From a virus: a DNA stretch of 64,000 nucleotides. This document shows positions 59,029 to 64,000 of this stretch, piece after piece. Each line of letters starts with the position of its first letter. Position 1 is the first letter of the stretch. The notes under the pieces were generated by a model. The model was not told where the DNA came from. It saw only the letters and a program-made list of their open reading frames with translations, and ran no database searches. Both the position numbers and the translations under genes were made by a program. Location of the stretch: the IMG/VR virus record IMGVR_UViG_3300030019_000008; one strand, written 5' to 3'.

Positions 59029-59494
59029 AGTCAATGCTTCCGTATTTTTCTTTAAGTTCTTCTCTGATCTGCACATACATCGGAGAGAGCCAATCAATGC
59101 CTTTCGGATGAAAGGGTTTCGGTGTGGGACCTTGTCTGTCAACGTAGTAGTGCTCGAAAGGCAGATGGGATTTGATGGTCAGTTTCAGAAGACGAGGGTT
59201 TTGTTCAATCTTCATCTTAGCTGCATCGTGGATCAGACGCAGAAAGTCTGAACGTTCCACTCGAGCGAAGGTGCGGCCAACGCGCTTCGCTGTGAGTCCC
59301 ACAAGGTCTTTGAGTTCCTCATGCTTACAACCACTGCGAACGTAATACCAAAATGCTTCCAGGCTCGCAAAATGACCATAGTGAGGATGATTGAAGCCAT
59401 AGTGAGAGAAGTGGGATAATGCTCGACCCAATTCAGTCTTACCATGGCTATAGATGTTGATATGTGATACCCCATCATCCGAAACGTGTGACAT
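59021..59494 (-). CDS. NADAR-like protein
   Basis: DGVSHINIYS...TELGRALSHF...HPHYGHFASLEAFWYY...AKRVGR...KIEQNPRL...SHLPFEHYY. Confidence 0.6.
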   Translation of the reverse strand: MSHVSDDGVSHINIYSHGKTELGRALSHFSHYGFNHPHYGHFASLEAFWYYVRSGCKHEELKDLVGLTAKRVGRTFARVERSDFLRLIHDAAKMKIEQNPRLLKLTIKSHLPFEHYYVDRQGPTPKPFHPKGIDWLSPMYVQIREELKEKYGSIDYV

Positions 59495-59496
59495 GA

Positions 59497-59736
59497 CTAA
59501 ATCCTTTTAGGCCTTGTCCAGGCACGGGCGGTTCTATAAAAGACCCATCTGGATGCAGAACAAGTCGGGCCATAGAGTGGTCTGTTCAGGTCTCCGAAGT
59601 ACCTGCGCATCTGTCTGGGAGACATGTGGAAGAGCCTTACTACACCGAGCTCAGACATCCTATCGCAGTGACCTTGTCCTCGGATGGTGTGATGATGTCC
59701 CTTTTTATTCCTGAATTCTTTTGTTCTGGGCTTCAC
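59497..59736 (-). CDS. Small basic hypothetical protein
   Basis: 79-aa ORF filling the operon gap, overlapping the upstream stop (GTGA). Confidence 0.5.
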   Translation of the reverse strand: MKPRTKEFRNKKGHHHTIRGQGHCDRMSELGVVRLFHMSPRQMRRYFGDLNRPLYGPTCSASRWVFYRTARAWTRPKRI

Positions 59737-60560
59737 TTTTTCATCCTTTCACGCTCGTTGAGCACCTTGACAGACTTGCCATGGTCTTCCAGATACTGAA
59801 CAACAATACCGAGCAGTATGTGACGATGACAAAAGTCAGCAGTAGGACAGTAACACCCAAGAGTAAACTTAGGCAAAGACAAAAGGTGATCCCAGTACTT
59901 AGCAAACTGGATCTTCTTTTCATCGACGACCTTTCGATAGGCTGCCTCATATTCACCCTCAGTGAGTTCTCCTCGCTTCCATGCACCCACCAACTCATAA
60001 GGTGGAGAGAAGGCTTCTATGCCGCTTTTAGCAGTGGTATCGACTACCTTGAAGCCTTCTTTCTTCCAATCTCTCCAACTAGCGAGCTGCATGGTTCCGA
60101 CAACATGATCGAAGTGCTCGGGCTGGTTAGTGTGAACGACACTGAATGTCTTACCCAGCTTTTGCATGCAGTCGATCATGTGCTTGGTGCCACGGGAGAT
60201 ATCGTCCCAGAATGCGATCAGGTGCGTGGCTGTGTCTGCCATCTGTTCATTTCGAATGAACCCAGCACCCTTACCATACGTATCCCAATCAGCAGGATGC
60301 GGCAGGTATCTGAGCTCAGGTCGTTCTTGACAATACTGCACCACCATGGCGTCGGCACCGCGCTTTGCCATACCTGAGTAGAAGAGAATGCGCTGGCCTT
60401 CGAATTGCTTGATGAACTCTTCGAGCACCTGCACAAACTCTTCATAATTGTCGTATGTTCTTGACCCGGCCACAATTAAGCGAACCGGGAAGATCTCATA
60501 CAAATCTTCGACGATGTCGGTGTTCAGCTGATCTTGATCTGGGTATTTTTCAGCAACCAC
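59733..60560 (-). CDS. SLOG (YspA/DUF2493-like) domain fused to a DUF488-like domain
   Basis: N-terminal LIVAGSR...SGMAKRGAD...PADWDTYGKGAGFIRNEQM...LIAFWD..SRGTKHMI; C-terminal FSPPYEL...TLGCYCPTADFCHRHIL. Confidence 0.75.
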   Translation of the reverse strand: MVAEKYPDQDQLNTDIVEDLYEIFPVRLIVAGSRTYDNYEEFVQVLEEFIKQFEGQRILFYSGMAKRGADAMVVQYCQERPELRYLPHPADWDTYGKGAGFIRNEQMADTATHLIAFWDDISRGTKHMIDCMQKLGKTFSVVHTNQPEHFDHVVGTMQLASWRDWKKEGFKVVDTTAKSGIEAFSPPYELVGAWKRGELTEGEYEAAYRKVVDEKKIQFAKYWDHLLSLPKFTLGCYCPTADFCHRHILLGIVVQYLEDHGKSVKVLNERERMKK

Positions 60561-60850
60561 GGCACAACCCCTTGTTCAAAGTGACGAAGCCAGTCGATGA
60601 GACGACCATCATCAATCAGGTGCGTGCGCGCATCCGAGCTATCCACGGATGACTCGCACATGTACATCCGGAATGTCCGGTTGATATAGAAGCGCTGTTC
60701 GGGGTGCGAGAGCGATTCATCGATCGCTTGGGGAACGAAGTTCTCGGCGTACTCTTCCCAGTCGGCAGGTTCAACATGACCAGCTTCCTTGAGAATGTTG
60801 GTGAGCTGCGTGTGCAGGGGGACATCGGGGTTGTAGGTGGTCAGCGGCAT
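60524..60850 (-). CDS. Hypothetical protein
   Basis: 108-aa ORF in an operon. Confidence 0.65.
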   Translation of the reverse strand: MPLTTYNPDVPLHTQLTNILKEAGHVEPADWEEYAENFVPQAIDESLSHPEQRFYINRTFRMYMCESSVDSSDARTHLIDDGRLIDWLRHFEQGVVPWLLKNTQIKIS

Positions 60851-61230
60851 TTCTTTTGGTTCCCTTCTTTATCAAAATCATAAATGGTGCAGTTTTTCAT
60901 GACATTGATGTCATGTTCAGGATGTTGCTTGAGCCAGTCGGTCCGTATTCTTCGCTGGATAGCTCTTTCATGAATTGCTTCATAAAAGTCTTTACCAGTG
61001 TCCGTAATGGTGAAAGGTACAGCACCATCCTTGATAGGGATGCTCCTCTGCACGAGTTTCTGGATCAGAACACGAGAAACAAGCTCTTCATCGGGGACAT
61101 ACTTGTGCGTCACCAGGCCAGGATGCATCAGTGAAATGATGAACACCTGGTTCTCTTGAGGAACGTAATACGTCGATCCATCAAAGAGCGTGACAATGCA
61201 GTCTCGAACAATAGGTATTGAATCGAGCAT
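60841..61230 (-). CDS. Hypothetical protein
   Basis: 129-aa ORF with GGAG RBS. Confidence 0.7.
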   Translation of the reverse strand: MLDSIPIVRDCIVTLFDGSTYYVPQENQVFIISLMHPGLVTHKYVPDEELVSRVLIQKLVQRSIPIKDGAVPFTITDTGKDFYEAIHERAIQRRIRTDWLKQHPEHDINVMKNCTIYDFDKEGNQKKCR

Positions 61231-61246
61231 GTGGATTCTCCATTAT

Positions 61247-61275
61247 ACCCATACAGGGGACTCCCCTGTATGGGT
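61247..61275. terminator. Hairpin after uvsX
   Basis: acccatacagggg-act-cccctgtatgggt. Confidence 0.6.
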
Positions 61276-61277
61276 GC

Positions 61278-62816
61278 TTATGCCTCAGCCATCTCTTCCT
61301 CAGCAACAGGAGTAGCATCAGCGACGATGGCTCTCACCTTGTCGAGATCCTTGCTGAACGCAGGCAGCTTGACGGCATATTCCTTCTTGATGGTCTTCTT
61401 GTCATCTTCCAACCAGTACGGATGGTAGAGACCAGCACGCATCTTGAGCAGATCCATCGTGGACAGGAAAAGACTATCCTCGAACAGGCCAAGCGGACAC
61501 CACCAGCCACGAGTATGGGTGAGGATCATGTTCCAGTCGTAACCAGCTTTCTTGATGTCCTCGTAGAGTTCTTCTGCTGTACAGATGAAGTTCTGCTTCC
61601 CGTACCTCGAGTCATATTGCTGATACGGCCAGAAGTACCTCATCTGGCACAGTTCACTTGTGATGTTCAGACCTCGTGCGAGAAGAGGGTCTTCATCAAT
61701 TAGATCGCGAATAGTGGTACGGGTGATCTGTCGATCAGGATAGATGGCCAGAGCATATCGCTGATCATTCCCGACCAGACCGAAACGATCGCAGGACTTG
61801 ATGTTGTGGAACTCCGTCAATTCCGGCAAAACGCCTTCAGATTGGGATATCAGGATCTCCATCGCCTGACCTGTACGCCCCGTCTTACTTCGCAGATTGC
61901 GAATCAGAACGCTACACAGATCATTGTCACCTTCATTCTCGATGCCACGGTGCGGATACTCCGGTGCCTTTTTCTTGGAGAGCAAAGGTGCTGCGTTGTA
62001 CATGTGGTAGAGATCGGTTGTGAGGAAGGTGAACTTATCCGTCACTCCCTTCATCTTGTCACCGTTCTTCAGGTACTGAAGCTTCTTCTCAGCAGGAGCC
62101 CTTGCATCCATTGCAATGACCTTGCCAAGCTGCGCTGTGATGAACATGTAGCAGGACGCACCATGAGCCAATGCAGGCAGTTCCATGATGAATTCAGACT
62201 TGGACTTGCCTTGACGCATGAAGAGCGTATTGCGACCACTGTCACCCAGGTCATTCTCATCCATCTGAGTGCTCACATCCTCAGTCTGGAATTCAGTCAG
62301 AGAATCCACACTCTGCATGGAGGGCTGGATGTATTCGAATGGAGCATTCTTGCGACGATCAAAGAACGGAGTCTTGATCATCAGTTTCTTGGCATCCTTG
62401 CGCTGAGCCCTGCAATAGTTCTTGAACTCATCGAACCATTCATTGGCGTAGTACTGACGCTTGTCATTGATAAGCAGGATGGGGTTATCGACATCATCGA
62501 TGTCGGTCGTGCCGAACTCAGGAATGCGGTGTGCCATATCGAGCACGCGTTCGAGATCAAGGTTGATCTCAGTGTCGTAATTACCGACATAAGGCGCTTT
62601 GACACGCGCAGCAGCTTTGAGCTTCATAAACCACATCACTGTGGATTTGAAGTTGTTACCAATGCCGGTGAAGCCATTGAACATCCCCACACCGCCATTG
62701 AGAACAGATTCTCCATGGATGCCGGTGAGATACTTGCCGTTAGGAATGTCTAGGCAGGAGCCCACATTGATATAGATCTTCACCTCAGGTGCTGGTTGAA
62801 GAGCAGGTCTGTTCAT
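61278..62816 (-). CDS. uvsX: UvsX/RecA-like recombinase (phiKZ gp152-like)
   Basis: Walker A-like GIGNNFKS, YDTE, Walker B-like VDSLTEF, FITAQ, RSKTG; synteny with the gp149-like gene. Confidence 0.85.
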   Translation of the reverse strand: MNRPALQPAPEVKIYINVGSCLDIPNGKYLTGIHGESVLNGGVGMFNGFTGIGNNFKSTVMWFMKLKAAARVKAPYVGNYDTEINLDLERVLDMAHRIPEFGTTDIDDVDNPILLINDKRQYYANEWFDEFKNYCRAQRKDAKKLMIKTPFFDRRKNAPFEYIQPSMQSVDSLTEFQTEDVSTQMDENDLGDSGRNTLFMRQGKSKSEFIMELPALAHGASCYMFITAQLGKVIAMDARAPAEKKLQYLKNGDKMKGVTDKFTFLTTDLYHMYNAAPLLSKKKAPEYPHRGIENEGDNDLCSVLIRNLRSKTGRTGQAMEILISQSEGVLPELTEFHNIKSCDRFGLVGNDQRYALAIYPDRQITRTTIRDLIDEDPLLARGLNITSELCQMRYFWPYQQYDSRYGKQNFICTAEELYEDIKKAGYDWNMILTHTRGWWCPLGLFEDSLFLSTMDLLKMRAGLYHPYWLEDDKKTIKKEYAVKLPAFSKDLDKVRAIVADATPVAEEEMAEA

Positions 62817-62928
62817 GATTACCTCGATGGTGTAATGTATCTATGCATAGAATCCACCTGAATAGTAAAAATTGACCATTGAAATAGTCTGGTTAATAAT
62901 ACCCACTTTCCACATGTAAGAGGATTCT

Positions 62929-63798
62929 ATGGTTATCGATGAACTGGAGGCTCCGACCTCCACCACGGCTTCCCTTGAACGAGTTAACAAGCTAGTCGCC
63001 ATGGAATCTTTTTCCATCGGTAACATGGCCGACTTGGTTCATCGGACATTCCCCAAACTCATTTCTGAAGCACAACGCATCATCGGCTCGGTCTTCTCCG
63101 GCTCAGCCAGCTTCACCGATGGTCACAGCAATGTCAAGCTCTCTGGCAAGCAAGAGAAGTTCCTGGCTCTGACTCGCTCGCATAACTATCTCGATCTGAA
63201 GATCATGAAGGTTTATGCGCCGATCGGAGTCAAGCCGAACTACCTGGCATATCTGGAAGTCTTCCTGCACGAAGCTCAGTTCTGTGAGGACCTGCTCGAG
63301 TATCTGCAAGAGTACACAGTGCTGCTCTCCAGGATCGTGACCGATGAGAACTTCGTGTCCTCTGGTGCATACGTGACCGAAAAGCCTCGGATGATTGAGG
63401 TCCAGCTCGACGAGATCTCCAAGGTTCGTGCTCAGGTTGAAGATCTTGGTCAGAAGTCTCCCACTGTCGAATACAAAGATGTGGTGAGCAACAACAGCGA
63501 ATGGGCTGGTGTTTTCGATCGCCTCAACAAGGTCACTCCTCGTTACAGAGGTATGGCAAACAGCAAGGTCAAAGCCAAACTTGATGAGGCTTCCAAGCTG
63601 CTCACCATCCTACTCAAGAAGCAATCGAGTAAGAAGCTCGACAACATCAGTCCTGAAGTCTACAACGGCCTGACCCATTACACCTTCGTAATGGCCAAAG
63701 CCCTCGAGCGCTACTCGCTGGTGCAGTTCTCTTTTGAAGTGTTCACCAACTGTCTGGATAAGACAGTCGATCGCGTGACTGACATCCTCAACCGGTAA
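62929..63798 (+). CDS. Probable virion head protein (phiKZ gp153-like position)
   Basis: 289 aa, divergent from uvsX; N-terminal S/A-x-E sites (ASLE, AME) typical of prohead protease substrates. Confidence 0.65.
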   Translation: MVIDELEAPTSTTASLERVNKLVAMESFSIGNMADLVHRTFPKLISEAQRIIGSVFSGSASFTDGHSNVKLSGKQEKFLALTRSHNYLDLKIMKVYAPIGVKPNYLAYLEVFLHEAQFCEDLLEYLQEYTVLLSRIVTDENFVSSGAYVTEKPRMIEVQLDEISKVRAQVEDLGQKSPTVEYKDVVSNNSEWAGVFDRLNKVTPRYRGMANSKVKAKLDEASKLLTILLKKQSSKKLDNISPEVYNGLTHYTFVMAKALERYSLVQFSFEVFTNCLDKTVDRVTDILNR

Positions 63799-63805
63799 TC
63801 CGGCA

Positions 63806-63847
63806 TATATCAGCGTAGAGAGCCTTATGGGCCTCTACGCTGATATA
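63806..63847. terminator. Hairpin between convergent genes (15-bp stem)
   Basis: tatatcagcgtagag...ctctacgctgatata. Confidence 0.65.
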
Positions 63848-63856
63848 CATTCGGAG

Positions 63857-64000
63857 TTATGCTCCATGCGCACTACTGTACTGCACGAACTCGATGGTTT
63901 CACTGACATCATTGACCATGTCATTGTTGTCAGCATACTTGAGCCAGTCCGGTAACACATCCACGATACGCTGAGCAAAAGTCCTGCGTCGCTCAGGTTC
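63857..64000 (-). CDS. C-terminal end of a hypothetical protein, partial
   Basis: Hand translation ...EPERRRTFAQRIVDVLPDWLKYADNNDMVNDVSETIEFVQYSSAHGA*. Confidence 0.55.
   Translation of the reverse strand, partial: EPERRRTFAQRIVDVLPDWLKYADNNDMVNDVSETIEFVQYSSAHGA

Overview
This 64-kb window is part of a phiKZ-like (Chimalliviridae-type) jumbo phage genome. It uses the standard genetic code, and I found no CRISPR array or tRNA. Left end (+ strand): virion structural genes and the terminase large subunit, with a GNAT acetyltransferase inserted between them. About 5.4-35 kb (almost all - strand): an accessory/early region preceded by at least 9 copies of a TTTCAAACACTCATTAC-like motif. It holds several tandem paralog families, a MazG-like protein, an NAD+-dependent DNA ligase, an orphan QueC-like enzyme and two long regions without credible genes. 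About 35-53 kb: the conserved phiKZ gp175-gp182-like block (prohead protease, two virion RNA polymerase subunits, a 2335-aa tail lytic transglycosylase). About 53-64 kb: a third vRNAP subunit (gp149-like), two NADAR-like paralogs, a SLOG-DUF488-like fusion, UvsX/RecA and a probable head protein. The most notable unexplained feature is a ~720-nt, densely base-paired - strand element (16811-17529) whose 5' and 3' ends pair through G-U wobbles and which is followed by a terminator. It is a candidate giant structured ncRNA (ROOL/GOLLD-like or a new class). All family and phiKZ gp assignments come from motif recognition and recalled synteny; no database search was run.
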